From assembly GCF_001194135.2 (NCBI RefSeq), contig NC_068998.1, forward strand, positions 22,545,069-22,609,068: DNA of 64,000 bases. The letters are read 5' to 3'. Shown here one piece after another: positions 51,378 to 63,932 of this stretch. The position numbers and the translations under genes were made by a program. Within the stretch, counting starts at the first letter, position 1, and each line of letters opens with the position of its first letter. The notes below the pieces were generated by a model that ran no database searches, was not told the origin of the DNA, and worked only from the letters and a program-made list of their open reading frames with translations. This DNA comes from Octopus bimaculoides (lineage: Eukaryota).

Positions 51378-54332
51378 TTGTATGTATATGTATATATGTA
51401 TGTCTATGCATATGAAGGTATTTATATTCACATAAATACAAGGATATACATAGTCATATATGTATATGACAGCGCTAAAATTATGCATAGAAGTGAAAAT
51501 TCGGGGAAGGGATGATTTACTATTCGTAAAATACAAATTTAAATTGAACACATGCAGATACAATTTTCCCGAAAATATATTACGTCTTCATATCTACTAG
51601 CATGTAACTTGATATAATCTCGTTGAGGATTTTACCCGTTATAAAATTATTTATAAATCACTTTGCTACTCGCCATAGAATGCAAGCCTTATTAACTACT
51701 ATAACAAGCCAACTTCAATTTCGGACTGACTGATTATAGATTAAACTGACAAATTTAGGAATAATTCTCACCGAGAAGAAACATAACGGACTATTAAAGA
51801 TATATGGTAAAATTTAGAGTATATTTCAAATATGTTTTATTGTAACATGTACGGTAGAAAATGGATTACACATACACGTATACAGAAAGGCACGCGCGCA
51901 ACCACATGCACACGCGCGGAAATCCCAAATTCAAACTCCAAAAATGTCATGGTACTGCCCCTTTGCGTTTCTGACCGTTTTAGCAATAACAGATTAAATC
52001 ATCATTAAGTAATCTTACGTTTTTCAAGCATTAAATTTACTTCAATATAAATAGATATGTTTCCTTCCACCAGCTAACAATTTCAAGCTTTCGAATCTTG
52101 AATGTAATTTTTTATCCAGGGACCCTCATTCTTTCATTGACGTGGTTCTCACTATTTTTAAAAGATTCGTTTCCATGATAATAATTTTTGCATCTTCAGA
52201 GAGGATATTACTTACATTAAAAGGAATGCCCTAATTATCTCTGTATGTGGCGAAAGAAGTATTGTGAAAAGAGACGAATATGCAAAATTCCTCTAGCGCT
52301 TTTCCTGATTTCGTTTCTTTTCAATGAGACATTTTGGTTGCTGTTGGGTATCACCGAATTTTCCGAAGATTTCAAACATTTCGTATGCATATCACATGCT
52401 GTCATACTACGAGTTATTTAACAATATACAATCAAGTTAGGTAATATTTAAATGTGCCAAAACTACGTTAGAGACACCAGAAAAGTATAAACGTATAATG
52501 AAAGACAGATTGACGAAATGTACATGTTAAGTTCCTATTGTGCTTCGCAACTATTTCAAACATTATGTATTACATTATAAAATGAAGAGAACCTAAACGG
52601 ATTGAAGGACGGACAGAAATTATACCAAAGATTCGCTCTACCACGAAGGGAACTTTTCAATTACTATTCTTTCTAAACTATTAACAAAAATCATTATTTT
52701 CTTGCTAATTGCAATTTACTTTCATTTGACTGTCTGCTACATAACATTGTCAAATGTACTCGGTTTAAAGTTTCGAATAGTTTATTTTCATATGAGTTTG
52801 ATATTAATGAATTTCTTTATTTGGAATATCAAAATCTTTTCTGTGACTAAAATATTAATCAAGCGAAGAAACTAGTAATACATTAATATATGCGAAAATG
52901 TTTCTCATTCTCAAGAGGAAACTAACATAAAGACATTGCAATAAGTCACAGAAGTTCAACCACCATACACAATTACAACATAAGCACATATATGAAAACG
53001 GACTCACATATAAGTATTGTGTTTATATATAACTGTGTGAACCTATGTGAAATGTTATTTCAGTAGCAGTAATTGTGAAGCATTTCGTGTGTCAATACCT
53101 CTATATATGAAATGTACTTCAGATGTCTGTATAGNNNNNNNNNNNNNNNNNNNNNNNNNNNNNNNNNNNNNNNNNNNNNNNNNNNNNNNNNNNNNNNNNN
53201 NNNNNNNNNNNNNNNNNNNNNNNNNNNNNNNNNNNNNNNNNNNNNNNNNNNNNNNNNNNNNNNNNNNNNNNNNNNNNNNNNNNNNNNNNNNNNNNNNNNN
53301 NNNNNNNNNNNNNNNNNNNNNNNNNNNNNNNNNNNNNNNNNNNNNNNNNNNNNNNNNNNNNNNNNNNNNNNNNNNNNNNNNNNNNNNNNNNNNNNNNNNN
53401 NNNNNNNNNNNNNNNNNNNNNNNNNNNNNNNNNNNNNNNNNNNNNNNNNNNNNNNNNNNNNNNNNNNNNNNNNNNNNNNNNNNNNNNNNNNNNNNNNNNN
53501 NNNNNNNNNNNNNNNNNNNNNNNNNNNNNNNNNNNNNNNNNNNNNNNNNNNNNNNNNNNNNNNNNNNNNNNNNNNNNNNNNNNNNNNNNATAACTGAAAA
53601 GTTTTCAGATTGTTGAGTCATTTCTAAAAGAAAATATTGGAATATTGAGAGAGGAAAATGACTGTATCACTGAATGACTGAATGAATGATTAAATGAATA
53701 CGATTTCATAAAATGCTTGATCTGTTTCTAGTCAATTCTGTAAGACTGAATAGCAGCACTACAATGGAACAAATAATTAAGCTGAATGTGACCCATTCGG
53801 CTGTGAATAACATGATTGGTTCTAAAGGCTAATGAGTAGAAGTCACTAAATAACTGATGCTTGATCTGGCAAATGAATTCTTTCGTGGAACTATACCGTC
53901 TGAGGCATGATTAATTCTTAGAAATAAAACATATCGTTTTTCATCTTGTAAACTAATTTTGCGGTCAGAAGCTTAAATTATCAAGTGAGAGTAAAGGAAA
54001 TCACAGGCAGAGAGAGAAGGAGAGAGGGACAGAAAGAGACAGAAAGAAACTGGGATAGAGCCAGAGAGTGAGCGAAAGAGTGACAAAGAAATAGAGAGGA
54101 AAAGTAAATTAATTCGTGGTGTTATGGCGTACATTTTAAATTTCTCTGGCAAGTTTAATACCTTGTGATAAGAACTTGAGATCTATCAGAATACTGTCTA
54201 ATATTTTGGGATCAATGTCGGATAACTCTTTACGAGGTAATGTGCAGATGTAATGTGAATCGGGTAGATGGACATAATCATTAAAACGGTGTCATGAATT
54301 TATATAAATATGTTATAATTATATATACAGTT

Positions 54333-54410
<78 letters not shown>

Positions 54411-54416
<6 letters not shown>

Positions 54417-54856
54417 CATACAAAATTCAGAGGAATGACCAGCAAAAGTGAAATCCTATATGCTAGAAATCGATGCCAAATCACATAAGCAAGAAGAGTA
54501 TGTTCCCAAATACGCCAGACTGTAAAACTGAGCAAGACAAATGAAAATATACGAAATTAAAAACGTTTACCTACGTACCAATGGTTTCACCTCTTAATAT
54601 CTACACAAGTAAATATCTGCAGGATCATCAGCGTAGGCTGTCGATTACACAAATATAATTTCCAGAATATTAAGAGGTGAAACCATTGGTACGTAGGTAA
54701 TCGTTTTCTATTTCGTATATTTTCATTTTTCTTGCTCAGTTTTACAGTCTGGCGTTGTTGAGAACATACTCTTCGTGGTTAGGTGATTTGGCATCTATTT
54801 CTACCATATAGGAGTTCACTTTTGGTGGTCAGTCCTCTTAATTTTGTATGTAATAT
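54411..54856. repeat. Long foldback/inverted repeat: 190-bp arms (54411-54600 and 54667-54856), 66-bp spacer; MITE-like
   Basis: The arms align without indels at 174/190 identity, and the innermost 34 bp are perfect. The left end is embedded in (AT)n. Confidence 0.95.
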
Positions 54857-55067
54857 AATTTTAATCTTCGGATTTTTTTTACATATGCTAGGTCACTGGT
54901 TTTATTTGATTAATATCAATTTCTACCCTCATTATTAAATGTATATATACATATATATATTTTTCCCCCAAACCGAACAACAAACACAAGAGAAAAAACA
55001 ACGTGAGGACGTGGTACATGCAAAGTATTAGCAGACACTTTATTGAAAAGCAGCAAAAATATCACAA

Positions 55068-55113
55068 AAAACTGTTACCCAGAGTTTCACGTTCCCGTTC
55101 GTCGGACAGTTTT
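55068..55113 (-). ncRNA. Minimal type-I hammerhead ribozyme (PLE/retrozyme-type), variant CCGACGA core
   Basis: Minus strand: AAAACTGT CCGACGA ACG-GGAA-CGT GAAA C-TCTGG-GT A ACAGTTTT. This gives an 8-bp stem I, a 3-bp stem II with a GNRA loop, a quasi-palindromic stem III and a GUA cleavage triplet. Confidence 0.75.
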
Positions 55114-57879
55114 GTTCAAAATGGAACAGAAATAAGGTTATATGCAAACATATAAAATTAGTTTAATGGATACACATTTGAAAATGCTTTTGTTTCATTG
55201 GTCCTTTCAAATAACGGTTTTAAGCATTCAGTATAAGATCATCTTATTATAAACTCGAAGAAAACCTTAAATCAAAAAAACATATAGAAGTGCAGAGTCT
55301 AATCACATAGGGTAAATAAATATATGTAAAACATAAATCAATTAATACATTACAACTAATATCCGTTTACAAATTAAAAATTAAACCTCTTCACGTTGGG
55401 TTACATATACATTTAGCAGCATACGCACATACTAAACCATATATAATATACATATACATACACACTAAAACGTAGAAACGCATGCACATAGTTGTATACA
55501 TATATAGGGATAAAAAGTCGAGACATAGACATATATACAAATACATATATAGATACATATATNNNNNNNNNNNNNNNNNNNNNNNNNNNNNNNNNNNNNN
55601 NNNNNNNNNNNNNNNNNNNNNNNNNNNNNNNNNNNNNNNNNNNNNNNNNNNNNNNNNNNNNNNNNNNNNNNNNNNNNNNNNNNNNNNNNNNNNNNNNNNN
55701 NNNNNNNNNNNNNNNNNNNNNNNNNNNNNNNNNNNNNNNNNNNNNNNNNNNNNNNNNNTATATATATATATATATATATCTGTAAGCACACATGCACGCG
55801 CACAAATCTTCTGGTGTATGCATATACAGGTCAGGTGTTACGGATGAAAGAGTGAGAAAGTAAGCATTAATCATGGGGAAGAGGATAACAACATTGGGGA
55901 AGAAGATAAAGTAAGGGAAACATAAATACTTCATAAAGTTTGCGCAACGAACGCGCACATAAAATTGAACACACACGCATATATATATATATATACATAT
56001 ATATAGATATAGATATAGACATTAGTATAGATATGCATACAAATTCACATATATGAGTACGTATACGAATATACAAAAATATGTACGCACATATATGCTC
56101 ACATAAATATAAATGTACACACGTATACATAGATATTTACGTACGTATGTACATATACGTGCATATATACATACACGTATACTTACACACATACACATTA
56201 AAATGTAAAAATAAAATAAAATTTGGCTTTTGTTTTATATACCTAGTCTGCTATTTAATACTCAGTAATCCCGTGCGTATACACTTTCAATGGCATTATC
56301 TTGTGTATGGCCTTTTCATAATTTTCTTTTCAGTGCTAGCATTTAATCTTCCAGGATGTATAGTTGGTTCTTAAAAAGACTCACTCCAAGCAATTTCCTC
56401 TTGTACATTTGACAATTAGTTTGTTGCTTTTTTCATCCCAAGAACGTTTACAGCTACATAAATTGCATAGTATATAAGGTAATTTTCAACTATTTTATAC
56501 TCACCTTTCTGTTTCTGAAGGTGATTCAGTTAAGTTACTGATCTACGCAGTTATCAATTTCGACTCTGCAATAGGCTGTAAACCATACTATACTTCATTC
56601 ATGTTTCCTTTACACATTTAAGTAAATTGTTTTCCTTCTCTATATTAAGTCGATGAGTTAGAAATAAATTTTTTCACTCACTAATATTTTGACGATTTAA
56701 AGGTCGTTCTCATGTTTCATGTTCAATTTTCTCTTCTGTGGAGTCATGTTTCTATGCTCAATACAGTATTAAAATTTTCTTCTTACTTTACCGACTTCTT
56801 ACCTTTGCAGCACGATTTACATATTGATAGAATTATTTTATTTTACTGTAGGATATACCGTCTCGTAGTGATCTTCACGCGAATAACCAGTCAAATTAAG
56901 GTAATCATCATATACATATAGCTTTATATAACTTTCCTAAATTGGAAGATAATATTAATACATCACACGAAACGGTGTTCATTATTGAGACACGGTTTTT
57001 GAGATGCTTCTACTTAAAATTTTTACTTCTGTGGTAGAGCTAAACCTACCAAGAGCCATCTTAAGCGCATATGGTCTGCGGTGAATTCTTAATGTCATAA
57101 TTAAGATCATGAGTAAATATTGCATGTTTGCTTAATAGAAATAATACTTACCTTACTATGTGTGACACGTGTGATTCCGGGTTTCAGAGTCCTACAAACT
57201 GACTACTCTTGGAGTTCTTGATGCGGTTCTGATACACAATAACAATATTACAATTTCTCGTCTTCTCTCAGCAACCGTGTCCTGTGGAGTGTGGAGATCA
57301 GCATTTTGGCTTATTGTGGTTGTGGTAGCTGCATCTCGATGAGCAGCGGGAAAGAGAGTGTAAAGGAGACACAAGAGAAAAAGTTTCACTTCACAAATAT
57401 ACGTACAGTAACCAATTGTTCCTAATATTCATTCTTCTTTTTTCACTGTATTAGTCTACAGCACCAGATTTAGTTTAAGTCTCACAACTCATTTTGGTCT
57501 CCTCTTTTCTCTTGTTTAAATATAATTTCTCTTTTATCTATTGCGCGGTTCGAGGAGAAAATTATATTTAACTGGCAATAATACAGATTTGTTTCTTTAA
57601 ATTTATTTCTCTTGTTCCTTTCACGATTGAGATTTATTCATTTCACTTCTTTCATTTATAGTTTGCATCCCATGCTATTTTCTGATTTTTCTGTGTTCAA
57701 TTAGGCACTGACGAATAGAGAACGGATATCTCTCTAGCCTAGGCGAATCGTAACTTGGATTTTAGTTTCCTTTGTTTGAAATATTCTAATATGTACGCAA
57801 ACACACACTTTATCATTCTGTAACTTCTACGATAATTATTTCACCAGATAGTAGTTTATAAAGAAAATATCATTAATAA

Positions 57880-58640
57880 TATTATTATCATTATTATTAA
57901 TACAAACTTCTCAGCTTATTTTGCTGGGTATGATGCAAAGTGTCAGCTGTCCACTTTAACATTTATTCCCTGATTATATTTAATGACCTCTGCAGAGAAC
58001 TTTGCAGTTCCAAGCAATAATAAGTTTTGGAAGTGTTCTATATTTACAGTAGTACGAATCATTTTGTCCCATGTTAGCAGTGACTGCCGATACCCTCCAG
58101 CGTGTCACCTACTACTGGTATTACGTGCACGCTTTTCATTGACACTCTCTGCGTATTTCCCACTTGAAATCGTCATAATTGGTAAGTTTTCCTTCTTATT
58201 TCTCTTCGATCATGGAATCATCAAGGCATGCTACCTCAATTACCATGCAGGGTGTTTTCCTTTTTGCCTTCTGAATGGTTACAGAGAAAATTCATTCGGT
58301 CTCAGTAAGGGAATCCAGTTCACCTCTACTAGCTCCGTAAGCTTCAGATCGTTCATAATCAACAGGTGATTAATTGGCCCAGCATTTGCCTACTCTTTGT
58401 AAACAACTCCCGTCACTCTCAGACATTTGGAGAGCGGTAAGATGGTAGCAATAAACAATAAGTGTGACGTTAAGATTCCTTGAAAATTCCTCTGTTGATG
58501 TCAACTTTTTCTACCTGCAGTTAGAACTGGCTTCAAGTTTCCCATACTGTTTTTGCACAAACAAATCACATTTTTGCTGCTCCGACCATCTCAAGGCATT
58601 TCAGAAAGCACGAGTGGGTTCTCCATCAAGCTAAATGCTG
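57880..58640 (-). mobile_element. Dong/R4-like LINE remnant: RT catalytic region joined to RLE C-terminus, 3' UTR and (AAT) tail
   Basis: LLFIATILPLSKCLRVTG..INHLLIMNDLKL (compare INHLLFMDDLKL) is followed closely by IEHFQNLLLLGTAKFSAEV (compare LQKAxLLGTAKILRKV). Confidence 0.7.
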
Positions 58641-59548
58641 ATGACTGACATAATGTCAAAAAAAAAAAAAAAAAGCCGTTATGAGTTAAGTTTCCTTTGC
58701 GTAGAATGGTATATTCTTTCTATTGATATTCTGCTCGGATTTCAGGTACAGGTTATATGCGTTCGCAAACTATTCCTAATATTTACCTATTAACTTTTTC
58801 GTACTTCTGATAAATACATTCATCTTCTTGCACAATTTTTTTCCCAAATATGTCATCTCCATGGGCATGAGAATATATATGATTTGTCAAAACTTTATCT
58901 AAGAAAGAGAACAAGAACAACGAGATGAATTACCAAACAGAAACCTTTTTGTGGAGAAGAAAAAGAAAGAAAACATAGTATTGTTTTTCAGTAAAATATT
59001 TCCCTGCTACCCTTTTTACTGAAGATTCTATTAACACTGTTATTTTAGTTTTCTCGAAGGAATGGAAGAATTTGTTATACATACGATCATATTTTTCATT
59101 ACTTAAACTTGAAGAAAAAATTTCCTTACTATTTTCTTGCCATTCGAAAAATTATGTTTCGTAAACACATAATCCTAATCTTGTGTATATTCATGATGTG
59201 CATAAACTTAATGTCAGCTATTGCAAAAGTAAAATGCAAGTAATTCAATGCAGTAGCAACAAAAGTTTAAAAGTAATCTAAACATGGGTCACATGAGTTA
59301 ATATGTCAGTAATAGAAATTGCAATTCCAAAAAAGAAATGTTTTTTCTTTAAAAAAATATAGCCATTTAACTGCTTTTAATATTAGATGACAAGAAGGAT
59401 GCTACATCGACAGAACATTTCATAAGAAAAACCGAAACCCGTTAGTTAATGTTCTGTCTACAGAAAACATATCTTCCACACGTTTTTTTTGACATAAAAT
59501 ATGCACCAACGTCAATATCCCGTTTATTATAATCAATGGTAGTGGTTT

Positions 59549-59561
59549 CAATTCCAACATC

Positions 59562-59592
<31 letters not shown>

Positions 59593-59598
59593 CTATCC

Positions 59599-59666
<68 letters not shown>

Positions 59667-59690
59667 GTCTATCCATCTCTCTATCTATTT
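59549..59690. repeat. (ATCT)n tetranucleotide microsatellite
   Basis: Seen directly. Confidence 0.97.
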
Positions 59691-60086
59691 ATATGTCACT
59701 CTTTACACACACAGAAACACACACATAGATATATGCATATGTAAATACACGCATAAGCATTTCATCCGCTAATTAAGAGCATTACAAATATTACGTAATC
59801 TCGAGCTCTGTGAAACAGGCGTGGAGATAAGAAAGGTACGCATTCTCTCCTTAGGTTTAAGTAGTTTTTTTTTCCTACTGTAAAAGTAAATTTATTTGGC
59901 AATATATATATAAATATAAATAAACATATACGTGTACACATGCGCTTATATTCTGGGTATATATAATAGTGTATCAATATTATAAAAATAGCTTTGCGTA
60001 TATGTCCGTTTATTTATATATAACAACCCTAATCGTATTTATCTGCATCTCCAACTCTCTCTACATGTATACATATACATACATGC

Positions 60087-60120
<34 letters not shown>

Positions 60121-60870
60121 NNNNNNNNNNAAGCGGTCCATTTTATTGAACAATGCAATCTACATCAATTTAAATGCAGAGCTATCAGCTCCTGCACAAA
60201 TAAATAGAATTTTAATCAGTTGGACACATTAATACAATGTTTCTCAAATATTTAAACAGAGCAAGTAGATGGAAGAAATCCATGTTATTTGCGTATTTAT
60301 ATATCTATTTATTGTTTCTATAAATCTATCTCTATGTCTCATGAATATCATAGGTAAGTGCACATATGTTTGTTGTGCGTGTATTACCCTGCATTTTTCT
60401 GTGTATTATATATATATATATTTCATTTTTTTCATTTCATTTTATCTAGTTTCAGCTCATGAGCTGTGGCCATGCTGGGGCACCAGGGAATGGAGAAATA
60501 TTGATAAACGACAATTGACATACAATAATTATTATTTATTAATTCAATATAATTAGACTGCCTCCCATCTTCTATCAGCTGTTTCTGCTTCATATTTTGT
60601 ATGGTATTGCCATCAGTATGCAAAAAAATATATATCATATTTCGTAATAAAACCTCTCTGAAACATGGAGCTTCATCAGATTGAAGAATAAATAAACAAG
60701 AAGTATATAGATAAGAAAAGGAGATGTAAGCTCATGTTTATCCTTGTCATTACCTATCATTTATGAACATAATATGTTTGCATATGTATGCCCATGATTA
60801 AATATATAGCGGTAGCATAATGGGTAATTCTATCCCTTAGAAGGTTATTTCAACCTCAAACTCACCTAAC

Positions 60871-60916
<46 letters not shown>

Positions 60917-61330
60917 TGTAAAGAGGAAAGTAGAGAACCACTCCGAAGGACCTCCAGATTTGAAGATAAACAACAGGTAAAGAATATTGAAATAAAATAT
61001 CAATAGGATATTTAAAGAAAGTATAGTGGTCGGTTACAGATGGTGGATTGACACCGCTAGGTTTGATCGACAAAATAGGTGCACATTTCTTTCCTGAAAT
61101 AAAATTACATTACGCATTAACAGATAACTGAATGTCATCGGGAATGATGCTATTAGCTGTTGATGATGTTCAAATATAAGTAAAAAAAATTGTTTGATGT
61201 TTTCAAATCATTATTTCTAACTCATTGGACTTGTTATAATAAACGAATCACATTTGTGCGCTACTGGATACTAATTTATTTCCATTACTCTACCAAGAAT
61301 ATATATGTATATATATATATAGAAAAATAT

Positions 61331-61369
<39 letters not shown>

Positions 61370-61370
<1 letters not shown>

Positions 61371-61490
61371 GCCGGAGTAAGCACATGAAATGTGCAACAA
61401 GGTGGAAAAGAGTACTCAAATACCAGAGGTAGAGTATTATTTAAAAGCAGCAGAAATATAACAAAAAACCGTTACTCTGAGTTTCACGTT
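61370..61490 (-). mobile_element. Hammerhead-bearing short repeat module, 5' part lost in an assembly gap
   Basis: Minus strand AACGT GAAAC TCAGA GT A ACGGTTTT matches the 3' half of the 55068-55113 ribozyme. The gap starts at 61491. Confidence 0.7.
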
Positions 61491-63932
61491 NNNNNNNNNN
61501 NNNNNNNNNNNNNNNNNNNNNNNNNNNNNNNNNNNNNNNNNNNNNNNNNNNNNNNNNNNNNNNNNNNNNNNNNNNNNNNNNNNNNNNNNNNNNNNNNNNN
61601 NNNNNNNNNNNNNNNNNNNNNNNNNNNNNNNNNNNNNNNNNNNNNNNNNNNNNNNNNNNNNNNNNNNNNNNNNNNNNNNNNNNNNNNNNNNNNNNNNNNN
61701 NNNNNNNNNNNNNNNNNNNNNNNNNNNNNNNNNNNNNNNNNNNNNNNNNNNNNNNNNNNNNNNNNNNNNNNNNNNNNATATATATATATATATACGCAGG
61801 GCGTTTTAAAACTTTTGAAACGTAGACAATTAATATCTAACTGATAAGTGAATATTACCATCCGAATTTCATGAATATTTTTAAACGAACACACTCAGCC
61901 TCACTCATACAGATCTTCACAATATATAGGAAAAAAAACATATACATATATATATAGTAATGTAACTACAGGAGTACCATTGGTGATTTTCTTCCTTCAT
62001 TCAAGTTTTCCATTTCATCTTTCCGACGAAGAAAAAACGGAAACTCTCTCCTTTCATTGAGCGTCAAGCTGATACATTTCACATGCATGTCCTCATGTTG
62101 TACTTCTTTATTGTTTTCGTTGAACTATTTTTTTTAATTTGAATTGACTATATACATACATATATACGTACTTGCATGCATATGCATATATACAGACACG
62201 CACACACATATACATGCACACACACAATTGCACACGCATATATATGTGCACGCACTTATATGTACCCATTTTCTTAATTTCTTTATTAATTTCTTAATAA
62301 GCGTTATTGCTTATTATTTATAATTATGTGTGAAACAGTCTTTAGTTTCACATTCGGTAGAGGCAAAAATGACAAATGTAAAGGAATTTGGAGTGAAGAG
62401 TTTGTTACGAAGTTTGACTTGCAATATTGTTTAGTCGTTTCCTTTATTTTCATTCATATTTCTACAATGCATTCACACAACATATTCTAGAGCAAACTAG
62501 AGATATTGACAGAGCATTTATCATGCGCACACAGACGCATATACCAGTGCATTCATGAAAACATACACACTCACATGTGGAGATACTCGCACACGAAGTC
62601 CCGTATAGAATCGCATGATAACAATCATAGTGCTACGCACAGGCAGGTGAGTTGTGTGCCTAACTAATAACTCTAAACGCATCTACTCATTTATGAAAGA
62701 GCCATGTTCGCCTGTTCTACACTGCACACCCGTAAACTTCGCAAAAGATGAGGGAAAGAAAATGTGTGCTAATATTTATGTGCATAACGTTTCTTCTTTC
62801 TATAGTTTCCTATGTATCTCACACGCTAGCACTTTCCTACTAATATATTGAAACATACATATTAACATAATATACACTTTAATACAAATACGCGCATGCC
62901 TATATATCTATGTATCTATCTATATACATACATACATATATAAAGGTGTATGTATATGCTTCTATCGGTGACCTGGTATGAAGTTTTGCGTTTTAAGCCA
63001 TACATCGAATCACGAATACATCTTAGTGACTCTTTCAACCACAAAAAACATTTGATTAATGATAGGTAGATCGAAATATTTAAATATGAAACCACCGACA
63101 CAATTGTTGACACATGCGATATAAAATAACTAAACATTTTGTCACTGAAAATATAATGAAAACGAATAGTGTTACTACTTAATCATATTGAAACTGCGAG
63201 AACAGTAATGTTTAAATTAATAAGAATTTGCAGTGTTATCTAATAATTGAAGTCTTATATCAAGTTAATTAGCCATTATTAATTAACATACATGAACAAT
63301 TTTTAATTAGAAATTAGAGAATTATGGCCGAAATACTGACAATTCGAAATTCACATAGCCATTATACCATAGTAGAATATGTGATAATGGTAGTTAGCTT
63401 TACCATAATCATCATTATTATCCTCTTTTTCGTCATCATCATTACCAAGGTTAGTATTTTCACTATATTACATTTATCCATCGCATATTTATCGTTTTCA
63501 TGTATAACATGGATGCTATTCATATAAATGTCATCAAAAATATGATGAATGTATTTAAATGAGGAAAATCAGGCACTTCTCTTGGAGCACCAAGTCCTGC
63601 TGATCTTCATATGCTACATACTCATATCCATATCTTCATTGAAAATATCATAGTCTAATTGAAATTCATTAGTTGCGTAATTATTCCTTTCAATTACAAT
63701 AAATATCATACCTTACGGTCTTTTCGGTGTCTGATTGAACCAGGCATTAAATACGAGATTGACAATCGTATATGAGACAAGCACATTAATTAGCGCAGAA
63801 TGTTAAACAGATGGACGAAGATTACAAATTTCGCATAACATACCAATAATTACATTGAATAAGCCAGAGAAAGTGACGAAATACAAAATATCTAAAGCAA
63901 TACATGTAAATATACCGTCTCTAATTTGCCAG

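Larger units (their letters stand above)
12453..61777. other. Ten assembly gaps: 12453-12462, 20650-21001, 22489-23475, 36003-36114, 45588-46480, 49687-49696, 53135-53589, 55563-55758, 60121-60130, 61491-61777
   Basis: N runs totalling about 3.3 kb, nearly all abutting microsatellites. Confidence 0.99.

Noticed and set aside
7031-56900. Scattered plus-strand exon-like segments (~7031, 21225, 24396, 25778, 52199, 56852)
   Set aside because: Acceptor-like sites with short open frames are expected by chance in AT-rich DNA, and they do not chain into a recognisable protein.
57192-57389. Signal-peptide-like ORF MKLFLLCLLYTLF..
   Set aside because: The start is GTG, the hydrophobicity comes from a pyrimidine tract, and there is no recognisable homology.
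20543-61894. Long ORFs of 130-370 aa composed mostly of X
   Set aside because: They are read-through of N gaps, not coding sequence.
61790-61900. Tc1/mariner-like terminus (tacgcagggcgttttaaaa)
   Set aside because: No partner TIR is visible (adjacent gap), so it cannot be supported.
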